NCBI GenBank assembly: GCA_963725865.1
Contig: CAVSAC010000014.1
Coordinates: 928,001 to 992,000 of the forward strand
Source of the DNA: Candidatus Eiseniibacteriota bacterium
GTDB taxonomy: Bacteria > Eisenbacteria > RBG-16-71-46
Reading direction: 5' to 3'
DNA: 64,000 bases
The translations under genes and the position numbers were made by a program. Each line of letters starts with the position of its first letter. Position 1 is the stretch's first letter. The notes beneath the pieces were generated by a model. The model ran no database searches. It saw only the letters and a list, made by a program, of their open reading frames with translations, and had not been told where the DNA came from. This document shows, piece after piece, positions 41,819-50,654 of this stretch.

Positions 41819-44293
41819 ATGTCGCATCGACTCTTCGCTCGCCGTCCCGCGCTCCGCGCCCCGCGGAACGCCTCCCGGCCCCATCGCCCCGCGTCGCGCG
41901 CGTGGCGGACGGCCACGCTCCTCGCCACGCTCCTCCTGCCGTCCGCCGCGGCGGCCGAGACGGTCGAGTCCCAGCTCTGGGTCACGAACGGCCGGGTGAA
42001 CACGAGCACGACTCTCGGCGGCACGCTGTACGTCGGCGGGCAATTCACGGTGGTCGGCCCCCAGACCGGCTCCGGCGTCGCGCTCGATGCCGCGACCGGC
42101 GCGTTGCTTCCGGGCACGCCGCCGGCGAACGGCGCCGTCAGCGCCGTGATCCCCGATGGCGCAGGCGGCTGGTTCATCGGCGGCCAGTTCGACTCGGTGG
42201 GCAACCTCCCGCGCGCGGGTCTGGCGCACATCCGCGCCGATCTGTCCGTCGATCCCACGTGGAATCCCGGCGCCAACGGCGCGGTCGCCGCGCTCGCGCT
42301 CGGGAACGGCGTGCTGTACGCCGGGGGCACGTTCACGACCGTCGGGGGAGCGTCGCACGTGGGCCTCGCCGCGATCCTCGCGGCCACCGGCAACCTCAAG
42401 CCGGGCTGGACCGGGACCGCCAACAGCAACGTGAACTGCCTGGCGTACTCCAACGGCATCGTCTACGTCGGCGGGCTCTTCAACTTCGCCGGCGGCCAGG
42501 CCCGCAGCTACGTCGCCGCGCTGGACAGCGCGACCGGAGCCGCCACGCCGTGGAATCCCGGCCCCAACAACCAGGTGCTGACGATCGTCGTGAAGGACTC
42601 CACGGTCTACCTGGGGGGCACGTTCACGAGTGTGGGGGCAACCACCCGCAATCGCGCCGCGGCGCTGCAGGCCACGACCGCCGCCTTGCTCGCGTGGGAC
42701 CCGGCGGCGACCGGATCGGTCAACGCGCTGCTCCTGGATGGAGCCGTGATCTACGCGGGCGGAGGCTTCTTCACCATCGGCGGGCAGCTGCGCAGTCAGC
42801 TCGCGGCGCTCGACGCCACCACCGGACTCGCGACGCCGTGGATTGCCTCCGCCAGTCCCAACGGAGGCGTGGCCGCGCTGGCGACGGCCGGGGACACGCT
42901 CTATGTCGGCGGATCGTTCACGTCCTTCGGCACCACATCGCGCTTCTACCTCGCCGCGCTGAGCAAGCCCTCGGGCGCGATCGCGGCGTGGAACCCGGTG
43001 GCCGGCGCGTCCGTGAGCGCGCTGGCCGCCGCGGGCGGTACGGTGTTCGCCGGCGGCTCCTTCGTGTGCGCGGGCGGGGCGGCGCGCGGCAACCTGGCGG
43101 CGTTCGACCTCGCCACCGGCCGCGCCACCGCGTGGAATCCCGGAACGAACAGCAGCGTCAACGCCCTGGTCGCGATCAGCGGCACCATGTACGCGGGAGG
43201 GACGTTCCTCTCGGTGGGCAAGCCGAGCACGACGCGGCAGTACCTCGCTGCGTTCGACACCGCGACCGGCGCCGTGCTGCCCTGGAATCCCAACGGGGGG
43301 GGCACCGTGAACGCGCTCGTCACCGATGGAACCACTCTGTGGGCGGGCGGCAACTTCCTCAGCATCGGCGGCACCCTGCGCAACCGGCTGGCCGCGATCG
43401 ACGTCGCGACCGGCGCGCTCCAATCCTGGAACCCCAACGTCAGTGGCGTCGTGAACGCGCTCGCCTACGCGAACGGCGTGATCTACGTGGGCGGAAACTT
43501 CGCGACCATCGGAGGCCTCGCGCGCCCGTGGATGGGCGCAGTCGACGCGGTCACGGCGGTACCGACCGCGTTCCTTCCCGCGCCGAACTCCGTCGTCCAG
43601 ACCATCCTCCCGTCCGGGACGACGCTGTACGTCGGTGGATCGTTCACCTCGATCGGCGGCCAGCCACGGACCTACCTGGCCCAACTCGACGCGACGTCTG
43701 GCACCGCCAACGGTTGGACCACGACGCTCGACAATGGCGTGAACGCGCTGGCGCTCGCGGGCGCGACGCTGTACGTCGGCGGCGGATTCACCACGATCGG
43801 CGGGGTCGCGCGCAGCCGCCTCGCCTCGGTCGACGCGAACACGGCGATCACGTCGTCGTGGAACCCCAACGTCGCCGGACTGAGCGTGGTCACGGTAGCC
43901 GTCGGGTCGGGCCGCGTGATCGCCGGAGGCGACTTCTTCACCGTCAGCGCAGTTGCGCGCCGGAACCTCGCGAGCGTGCTTGATCCCGCGCTGCTCGCCG
44001 CGGTGCCCGTGCCGCGCGGCGCGGCGGTCGGACTGCAGCTCGAAGCCCCCGCTCCGAATCCGGCGCACGAACGCGGCGCGCTGCGCTTCACGACGGCGCG
44101 CGAGGGCCGCGTTCAGCTGGGGATCCTGGATGCCGCGGGACGGCGCGTGCGCACGCTGATCGACGGCACGCTGCTGGGATCCGGGCGCCACGTCGTGCCC
44201 TTTGCGCGCGGAGGCCTGCCGCCGGGCGTCTATCTGGTCGACCTGCGCCAGGGCGCGGCGCGCGCCACCCAGCGGCTGGTGTTCGTCGACTGA
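41819..44293 (+). CDS. Secreted 14-repeat beta-propeller protein with C-terminal FlgD-Ig/T9SS-like domain
   Basis: GGAGG RBS; 14 copies of a ~52-aa repeat VNAL....LY(V/A)GG.F..IGG..R..LAA.D..TG....WNP; C-terminal APNP...GRRVRTL...GVYLV. Confidence 0.85.
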   Translation: MSHRLFARRPALRAPRNASRPHRPASRAWRTATLLATLLLPSAAAAETVESQLWVTNGRVNTSTTLGGTLYVGGQFTVVGPQTGSGVALDAATGALLPGTPPANGAVSAVIPDGAGGWFIGGQFDSVGNLPRAGLAHIRADLSVDPTWNPGANGAVAALALGNGVLYAGGTFTTVGGASHVGLAAILAATGNLKPGWTGTANSNVNCLAYSNGIVYVGGLFNFAGGQARSYVAALDSATGAATPWNPGPNNQVLTIVVKDSTVYLGGTFTSVGATTRNRAAALQATTAALLAWDPAATGSVNALLLDGAVIYAGGGFFTIGGQLRSQLAALDATTGLATPWIASASPNGGVAALATAGDTLYVGGSFTSFGTTSRFYLAALSKPSGAIAAWNPVAGASVSALAAAGGTVFAGGSFVCAGGAARGNLAAFDLATGRATAWNPGTNSSVNALVAISGTMYAGGTFLSVGKPSTTRQYLAAFDTATGAVLPWNPNGGGTVNALVTDGTTLWAGGNFLSIGGTLRNRLAAIDVATGALQSWNPNVSGVVNALAYANGVIYVGGNFATIGGLARPWMGAVDAVTAVPTAFLPAPNSVVQTILPSGTTLYVGGSFTSIGGQPRTYLAQLDATSGTANGWTTTLDNGVNALALAGATLYVGGGFTTIGGVARSRLASVDANTAITSSWNPNVAGLSVVTVAVGSGRVIAGGDFFTVSAVARRNLASVLDPALLAAVPVPRGAAVGLQLEAPAPNPAHERGALRFTTAREGRVQLGILDAAGRRVRTLIDGTLLGSGRHVVPFARGGLPPGVYLVDLRQGAARATQRLVFVD

Positions 44294-44476
44294 GTCCGCA
44301 CGACCGCCGCGTGGCGACGCGCAGTGGGAGCGAGGCCCGCACATGCGACGGCCCCGGGCGGCAGCCTCGGGGCCGTCTGGCGTGGGTGCCACGCCCTCGT
44401 GATAGGTTCCGGCCCGGGATGGCTTGTCACGTGGAATCCGAGCGCGTCCCACGCCGAAGCACTCCGAGGACCACGG

Positions 44477-45856
44477 ATGAAGTCCGCGCTGATCCTGTCC
44501 GCGTTTCTGCTCCTCGCTGTTCCAGCGTCGTCCGCCCCGGTTGTCGCACCGGTGCCGGGGCCGCCAGCGCTGGTCGTGCCGCCTGCCGCGCCCGAGAGCG
44601 CGTTGGATCGCGCGGGCGCGCGGCTCTCCGATACCGAGCTGTTGGAGCAGGTCCAGCGCCGGACTTTCCGCTACTTCTGGGACTTCGCCCATCCGGTCAG
44701 CGGCCTCGCGCGCGAGCGCAGCAACCTCACCCAGGAGTATGGCAACGAGATCGTGACCACCGGCGGTTCGGGCTTCGGCGTGATGGCGATCGTGGTGGCG
44801 ACCGAACGAGGGTGGATCACCCGCCCGCATGCGCTCGGGCGCCTGCTCCAGATCACCGCGTTCCTGATGAAGGCGGAGCGCTACCACGGCGTGTTCCCGC
44901 ACTGGATGGACGGCGCGACCGGCAAGACCTTTCCGTTCAGCCGCCTGGACGACGGCGGCGACATCGTCGAGACGGCCTATCTTTTCGAGGGCCTGCTCAC
45001 CGCGCGGCAGTACTTCGATCGCGCCGACTCCGACGAGGTCGAGTTGCGAGGGCGCGTGAACACCCTGTGGCGCGCGGTTGAATGGTCGTGGCACACCCAC
45101 GGCGGGCGCAAGGCGCTGTGGTGGAACTGGAGCCCGCGTCACGGATTCGCGGTCAACGCCCGGGTCTCGGGCTGGAACGAGGCGCTCGTCACCTACGTGC
45201 TCGCCGCGGGCTCGCCGACCCACCCGATCGCCGCCGCCACCTACCACCACGGCTGGGCGCGCGATGGTGCGATTCAAAATGGGCACGCGTTCTTCGGCAT
45301 CACGTTGCCGCTCGGCCCCGCCTTCGGGGGGCCGCTCTTCTTCGAGCACTACTCGTTCCTGGGCATCGATCCGCGCGGGCTGGTGGATCGCTACGCCGAC
45401 TACTGGCAGCAGTGCGTGAACCACGCGCTCATCAACCGCGAGCACTGCGTGCGGAACCCCAACGGCTTCCGGGGCTACGGCCCCGGCTCCTGGGGACTGA
45501 CCTCCAGCGACGACGGCGCGGGCTACCGGCACCACTCCCCCACCGACGATGATGGCGTCATCACGCCCACCGCCGCGCTGTCGTCGTTCCCGTACACGCC
45601 GGAGTACTCGATGCAGGCGCTGCGACACTTCCACGACGATCTCGGCGACCGACTGTGGGGCGAGTACGGCTTCGTGGACGCGTTTGACGAGTCGACGGGC
45701 TGGGTGGCGTCGTCCTACCTGGCGATCGACCAGGGGCCGACCATCGGCATGATCGAGAACCACCGCACCGGGCTGCTGTGGAGGCTGTTCATGAGCTGCC
45801 CCGAGGTCCAGCGGGGGCTGCGCTCGCTCGGGTTCCGGAGCCCCCACCTGAAGTAA
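44477..45856 (+). CDS. Glucoamylase/DUF3131-like glycoside hydrolase (GH144 beta-1,2-glucanase-like), exported
   Basis: F.YFWD.AHP.SGLARER, GGSGFG, DDGGDIVET, GGPLFF.HYSF and YLAIDQGP...MIEN.RTG motifs. Confidence 0.85.
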   Translation: MKSALILSAFLLLAVPASSAPVVAPVPGPPALVVPPAAPESALDRAGARLSDTELLEQVQRRTFRYFWDFAHPVSGLARERSNLTQEYGNEIVTTGGSGFGVMAIVVATERGWITRPHALGRLLQITAFLMKAERYHGVFPHWMDGATGKTFPFSRLDDGGDIVETAYLFEGLLTARQYFDRADSDEVELRGRVNTLWRAVEWSWHTHGGRKALWWNWSPRHGFAVNARVSGWNEALVTYVLAAGSPTHPIAAATYHHGWARDGAIQNGHAFFGITLPLGPAFGGPLFFEHYSFLGIDPRGLVDRYADYWQQCVNHALINREHCVRNPNGFRGYGPGSWGLTSSDDGAGYRHHSPTDDDGVITPTAALSSFPYTPEYSMQALRHFHDDLGDRLWGEYGFVDAFDESTGWVASSYLAIDQGPTIGMIENHRTGLLWRLFMSCPEVQRGLRSLGFRSPHLK

Positions 45857-45894
45857 CGGCTCGAGCTGGGCGCGCAGCAGCGCGGCGCTGGCGC

Positions 45895-46319
45895 TGGGGG
45901 AAACGCTATCCGCCCATCGAGCGGGTGGTCGCGGATCTCGCGCGGCACCGCCCGCCCGTGGTGGACATCGCGATCGAGGATGTCGCCCACACGAAGGTTC
46001 CGCTGTTGATGTCGGCGTCGGACGTCATGATCCTGACGTCCGATCACGAAGGCAGCCCCGTCGTGACCAAGGAGGCGCTCTGCTGAGGTATGCGAGTGCT
46101 CTCGCTCCCCGTGGGCGACGTCCCGCAGCAGTTCGCTGGATTCTCGGGCTGTCGCATCGCTCCGGACGAGGACCCCGTGACGATTGCGGAATGCGTGCTG
46201 GCGGCACTCGCGGAGCCCCGGACCCGATGCCACGGTTGCGCGCGCGCTGAGACGGAGATCGGGAGGCGGCCGAGACGCTGGCGGTCTACCGGCGCGTGCT
46301 GTCGAAGTGCCCGTCCTGA
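45895..46319 (+). pseudogene. GT4 glycosyltransferase C-terminal remnant
   Basis: ASDVMILTSDHEGSPVVTKEALC*GMRVLSLPVGDV with in-frame TGA at 46084-86; frameshift before ETLAVYRRVL; no N-terminal domain. Confidence 0.75.
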
Positions 46320-46466
46320 GCGGCGACCGCCCGATTCCCCGACGGGGGCCGGCAGGTTGCGCGCGGGACCGGCTCTCGGGCACAATCTCTCGCCGCAATC
46401 GCCGTGGGGAGGTCCCCTGAGGGCCCGCATCCCCTCAGACGCCGACCCGAAACCAGGAGTGGTCCC

Positions 46467-47024
46467 GTGATCGCAGCGACCCAGATGAAGGTTGGGATGC
46501 TCATCATGTACAACGGCAAGCCCCACCGTGTGAGCGTCGTGGTGCACCGCACCCCCGGCAACCTGCGCGGCTTCGTGCAGGCCACGCTCGTGAACATCGA
46601 GAACGGCTCGAAGAACGAGAACCGATTCTCGTCCGAGGAGAAGGTCGAACGCGCGATCCTGGACGAGCACAACCTCCAGTTCAGCTATCGCGCCGCGGAC
46701 GAATACCACTTCATGAACACCGAGTCGTACGAGATGGTTTCGCTCGACAAGGACGTGCTCGGCGACAACGTGGGGTACCTGACCGAGGGCATGGTCATCA
46801 CGGCGATGTACTGGGAGGGCCGGGTCGTCGGCATCGATGTGCCGATGTTCGTGGAACTCGCGGTCAAGGAGACCACGCCGAACATCAAGGGCGCGGCGGT
46901 GCAGAACACCGCGAAGCCGGCCATCCTGGAGACCGGGCTCGAGATCAAGGTGCCGTCCTACATCGAGTCCGGGAACCGGGTCCGCATCGACACGCGCACC
47001 GGGGAATTCGTCGAGCGCCTCTGA
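46467..47024 (+). CDS. efp: Elongation factor P (PGNLRG-loop type)
   Basis: AGGAG RBS, GTG start; HRTPGNLRG, FMNTESYE, KPAILETG and DTRTGEFVER motifs. Confidence 0.95.
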   Translation: MIAATQMKVGMLIMYNGKPHRVSVVVHRTPGNLRGFVQATLVNIENGSKNENRFSSEEKVERAILDEHNLQFSYRAADEYHFMNTESYEMVSLDKDVLGDNVGYLTEGMVITAMYWEGRVVGIDVPMFVELAVKETTPNIKGAAVQNTAKPAILETGLEIKVPSYIESGNRVRIDTRTGEFVERL

Positions 47025-47096
47025 GAAGCGCGCCGCACGGGTCCACGAACGCCGTCCCGGTGTCCCGCCGGGGCGTCGTCGTTCCTCGGAGGGAAG

Positions 47097-47789
47097 ATGC
47101 CCAGCGCCATTCACGATCTCGCCGAGCTGCGCTCCGCCATCGCCGCGGACGCGGCGCTCGCCCGCCTGCTCGACGAGGCGCGGGCCGGCGCCGCGGGCGA
47201 TCCGGCGCACGACCTGGGACACGCGCTTCGCGTCGCACTGTGGACCGTGCGACTCGGCGGCCCGGCGGTCGATCTGCGCGAGGCAATCGCGGCCGCGCTG
47301 TTGCACGACGCCGTCAACCTCCCGAAGGACAGTCCCGATCGCGCACGCGCGAGCGAGCGGTCCGCCACGCACGCGGAGACGCGCCTGCCGGCGCTCGGCT
47401 TCGCGCCCGCCGCGGTGGCACGCATCACGGCTGCGGTTCGCGACCATGCGTACAGTCGCGGGGTCGAGCCCCGGGAGCCGCTGGGACGGGCGCTTCAGGA
47501 CGCCGACCGGCTCGAGGCGCTCGGCGCCATTGGGCTGCTGCGCTGCATCGGCACCGGGGCACGGATGGGGGCGGCGTGGTTCGACGACGACGATCCGTGG
47601 GCGCTCGCGCGAGCGCTCGATGACCGGCGGTACTCGGTCGACCACGTCTTCACAAAGCTGCTGAGGCTCCCGGCCAGCATGTGCACCGAGGCAGGTCGCG
47701 CCGAGGCCGAACGACGAGCGGCGTTCATCCTCGCGTTCGTCATCGCCCTCGGCGGGGAGCTTGGCGTACCGCCACCGCCGAACGTCTGA
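47097..47789 (+). CDS. HD-domain phosphohydrolase
   Basis: HDLGH..RV, LLHD and QDADRLEALGAIG motifs. Confidence 0.88.
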   Translation: MPSAIHDLAELRSAIAADAALARLLDEARAGAAGDPAHDLGHALRVALWTVRLGGPAVDLREAIAAALLHDAVNLPKDSPDRARASERSATHAETRLPALGFAPAAVARITAAVRDHAYSRGVEPREPLGRALQDADRLEALGAIGLLRCIGTGARMGAAWFDDDDPWALARALDDRRYSVDHVFTKLLRLPASMCTEAGRAEAERRAAFILAFVIALGGELGVPPPPNV

Positions 47790-47805
47790 AAGCGCACCCT
47801 GCACA

Positions 47806-47870
47806 CGCCGGGGGTACATCCCCGGCGCGCCAACAGCGAAAACCCCCCGCGTGTCATCGCACGCAGGGGG
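47806..47870. terminator. Two back-to-back hairpins; the second is a minus-strand intrinsic terminator
   Basis: CGCCGGGG/CCCCGGCG (47806-27) and CCCCCCGCGTG/CACGCAGGGGG (47843-70), the latter with TTTT on the minus strand. Confidence 0.65.
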
Positions 47871-48200
47871 CTCGAAATTTGATTGGGAGGGGCATCCTCG
47901 GTCCCGGGGGCCGCACCCGGGGTGCCGCTGACGCCGGTCTCCCAATACGCGTGTTGTGATGAAGCTCATTCCGGGGAGATTCAGACGCATCCTGAAGCTT
48001 GACGTTTCCGGGACGAAAGCGACCGCGACCGGGGCCCAAGCCGGACCTCTCGCCGCGCCCGGGTGGCCGAAAGGGCCGATCGGCCACGCTGGCACCCTCC
48101 GCCCTGGGAGGGTTCAGCTCCGCTCGACCCGGATCCCGCCCGGTGGACCGCCGGGTGCGCGAGCCGCTGCCTGCGCCCTCCAAGCCGCCACCTGGGCGGC
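47839..48200 (-). ncRNA. Candidate structured RNA / long 3' trailer downstream of the rho homolog
   Basis: About 360 nt of consecutive hairpins, e.g. ATTGGGAG...CTCCCAAT, ACCCTCC/GGAGGGT and GTGGCCGA/TCGGCCAC, ending at a terminator; no credible ORF. Confidence 0.4.
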
Positions 48201-48205
48201 GGGTG

Positions 48206-49390
48206 TCACTCGTTGACGCGCAGCAGCTGGAAGATCTCCTGGTTGGTCTTCCACCGGTTGAGCAGGTCGAGCAGCTTCGTCATCGCCTCCTGCGGGTGCA
48301 GCCCGGCGAGGCCCCGGCGCAGCAGCTGGAAGCGCGGCAGGATGTCGGGCGGGTAGAGCTTCTCCTCCTTGCGCGTGCCGCTCTTGGCGATGTCTATCGC
48401 GGGATAGATGCGCCGCTCGGCCAGCTCGCGCGACAGCACCAACTCCATGTTCCCGGTGCCCTTGAACTCCTCGAAGATGATCTGGTCCATGCGCGAGCCG
48501 GTGTCCACCAGCGCGGTTCCCACGATCGTGAGCGAACCGGCGTCCTCGATCTTGCGGGCGGCGCCGAAGATCTGACGTGGCGACTGCATGGCTTGCGAAT
48601 CGAGACCGCCCGACATCGTGCGGCCGCTGCCTTCGGAGCCCGCATTGTATGCGCGCGCGAGTCGGGTGATGGAGTCCAGCAGCAGCACCACGTCCTTGCC
48701 CTCGAGCACCTGTCCGGCGACCACCTCCATCGCGTACTCGGAGGTCTCGATGTGTTCCTCGATACTCATGTCGCTCGAGGCAGCGATCACGGTGGCGGGG
48801 GTGTTGCGCTTGAAGTCGGTCACTTCCTCGGGCCGCTCGTCCACCAGCAGCGCGTACACGCCGACCTCGGGGTGATTGAACGCGATCGAACTGGCGATGA
48901 TCTGCAGGATGCGCGTCTTGCCAGCCTTGGGCGGCGACACGATGAGGCAGCGCTGGCCGCGGCCGATCGGGGCGATCAGGTCGATCGCGCGCCCGGTGAT
49001 GCGGTCGCCATACGGAGGCGAACCCTTCCCCGGCGGCAGCTCGAGCACCAGCCGCTCGATCGGATCGAGCGCCACACCCGCCTGCTGCAGGTCGCGCAGG
49101 ACCTCGAGCCCGCGCCGCTCGCGGCCACTGCCTCCGCCGCGCGACCGGCGCCGGCGCTGACCGCCCTGGGGCCGCGGACCGCCGTTGCCGGGCTGTCCAC
49201 CCGCGTTCGCATAGGGCTGCGGCGCCGCATTGCTCAGCGGATGACCACCGCCGCGTGGGCGCCGCCGGCGGCGGCGCGAGGAGCCCTGTCCGGGCGCGGG
49301 GGGCACGGAGCCTGGCTGCCCCTGAGGATCCATCGGACCGCCCGCCTGAGCGGGACGCGGGCCACGGGGGCGACGACGGCGCTGTCTCAT
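48206..49390 (-). CDS. rho: Rho-like ATPase lacking the N-terminal RNA-binding (OB) domain; Arg/Gly/Pro/Gln-rich N-terminus
   Basis: APIGRGQR, PPKAGKT, DERPEEVTD, DSITRLARAYN, FEEFKGTGNME and SGTRKEE motifs. Start uncertain (ATG 49390 preferred). Confidence 0.9.
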   Translation of the reverse strand: MRQRRRRPRGPRPAQAGGPMDPQGQPGSVPPAPGQGSSRRRRRRPRGGGHPLSNAAPQPYANAGGQPGNGGPRPQGGQRRRRSRGGGSGRERRGLEVLRDLQQAGVALDPIERLVLELPPGKGSPPYGDRITGRAIDLIAPIGRGQRCLIVSPPKAGKTRILQIIASSIAFNHPEVGVYALLVDERPEEVTDFKRNTPATVIAASSDMSIEEHIETSEYAMEVVAGQVLEGKDVVLLLDSITRLARAYNAGSEGSGRTMSGGLDSQAMQSPRQIFGAARKIEDAGSLTIVGTALVDTGSRMDQIIFEEFKGTGNMELVLSRELAERRIYPAIDIAKSGTRKEEKLYPPDILPRFQLLRRGLAGLHPQEAMTKLLDLLNRWKTNQEIFQLLRVNE

Positions 49391-49750
49391 CGAAGTGGGA
49401 TTCCTCGCGTGTCCGCGGCCAATGTCGCGGATGGGACGCGCGCCCGTGCCGCATCGGTAGCAGGCGACCCGTTCACGGGCGCGTCGGGATGTGCGCGCGC
49501 CGTCTTCGTGTTGGCGCACGCGGGTCTGCGTCTCTTCGGGTCGCGCTCCGGCCCGGGATCCGGGAGCGCGCACTTCACCTCGCGAACGAGGGGCGTGATC
49601 GAGTTCGTAGTCCTGGGTGTGCCCGTCCACCGCATGAACGGACCGCCGTGATGAACTCTCCTTCCGAACGGCTCCCATCCCCACGGCGGCGAGGCTGGCG
49701 ATGGTGGTCCCAACCTCGGGCCCGCCCCTCATCGGAATCCGGCTGCTCGC

Positions 49751-49861
49751 TCAGCTCACGACGACGCGCCGAGGCGCGGTGAGGACGAGGAACAACACGA
49801 GGGCGGAAAGACAGCCGCGGGAGGTGAGGCCGGGCGCGATATCACGCGGCACCCGGTACAC
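49751..49861 (-). CDS. Putative 36-aa leader peptide of the rho homolog
   Basis: GAGGAGGA RBS, GTG start, MYRVPRDIAPGLTSRGCLSALVLFLVLTAPRRVVVS; begins about 25 nt after the predicted start site. Confidence 0.45.
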   Translation of the reverse strand: MYRVPRDIAPGLTSRGCLSALVLFLVLTAPRRVVVS

Positions 49862-49892
49862 GGATCCTCCTCGGATCAGGCGTGCGGCCGGC

Positions 49893-49921
49893 ATTATCCC
49901 CGCCGGCCCGCGGATTGTCCA
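49893..49921 (-). promoter_or_regulatory. sigma70-type promoter for the rho homolog leader
   Basis: TGGACA-N17-GATAAT. Confidence 0.6.
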
Positions 49922-49949
49922 GCTTCGCGCGCGTTCTGGCGCCCCGCGC

Positions 49950-50504
49950 TCAGGACCCGGCGCCTCCACGCCAGGGAACGTCTCCGCCGCCCGCGCGGCG
50001 GTTGCACCAGCGCGCCATCACGAACAGCAGGTCGGCGAGGCGGTTCAGGTAGCGCACCAACCGCAGCTCGACCGGCTCCTCCTGGAGCAGCGCCACCATG
50101 CGGCGCTCCGCGCGGCGGCACACCGTGCGCGACAGGTGGCACTCGGCCGCCAGCGGCGTGCCGCTCGGCAGGATGAACGACGTGAGCGGGGCCAGTTCCG
50201 CGTCGAGGCGATCGATCAGGTGTTCGAGCGCCGTCACGTCCGGGTCACCGAGCCGCGTGAGCGTGGCGAGCGCCGCGGCGTCCGGCGCGGCCAACTCGGC
50301 GCCGAGCTGGAACAACTGGGCCTGGATCCGGGCGAGGTCGGCGTCGAGCCAGCGCTCGACGTCGTGGGCCCGCACCCGGCCCAGCACGGCGTTCAGCTCG
50401 TCCACCTCTCCGTAAGCCTCGACGCGGCGCGCGCTCTTGAGGACGCGCCCGGGCCCCAGGAGCCCGGTGGTGCCGTCATCGCCGGTACGCGTGTAGATCT
50501 TCAC
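49950..50504 (-). CDS. ATP:cob(I)alamin adenosyltransferase (PduO type)
   Basis: KIYTRTGDDGTT, AYGEVDELN, RTVCRRAER and YLNRLADLLF motifs. Confidence 0.93.
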   Translation of the reverse strand: MKIYTRTGDDGTTGLLGPGRVLKSARRVEAYGEVDELNAVLGRVRAHDVERWLDADLARIQAQLFQLGAELAAPDAAALATLTRLGDPDVTALEHLIDRLDAELAPLTSFILPSGTPLAAECHLSRTVCRRAERRMVALLQEEPVELRLVRYLNRLADLLFVMARWCNRRAGGGDVPWRGGAGS

Positions 50505-50654
50505 GCGCGGCAGTCTAGGCGGCGCCCGGGGGTCGCACAAGCATCACAGCGGCCGGAGTCCGGCCGGCCCCTCCTCGCTTGCCACGGCGGCGGTGTGCCG
50601 TCATCATATCCGCCCGCTTCGAATACGGACCTCCAACCTGGACCGGACGCACTC

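Noticed and set aside
41960..43990. Periodic DNA similarity that could be mistaken for a CRISPR array or repeat element
   Set aside because: The repeats are degenerate, in-frame protein repeats. No identical direct repeats with spacers and no cas genes occur in the window.
46084..46086. In-frame TGA at the conserved Cys position of the GT4 EAxxCG motif, suggesting selenocysteine
   Set aside because: The gene also lacks its N-terminal half and has a downstream frameshift, so a TGC/TGT-to-TGA nonsense change in a pseudogene is simpler.
47953..47970. TTGTGATGAAGCTCATTC as a Rex operator
   Set aside because: Only one half matches TTGTGAA-N4-TTCACAA, and it does not lie in a promoter position.
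47940..48025. TGATGA...GAAA (hammerhead-like) on plus, and GCTTCATCACAACACGCGTA (NAD+-I riboswitch-like) on minus
   Set aside because: The required helices and the CUGAUGA core are not satisfied, and there is no regulated gene downstream.
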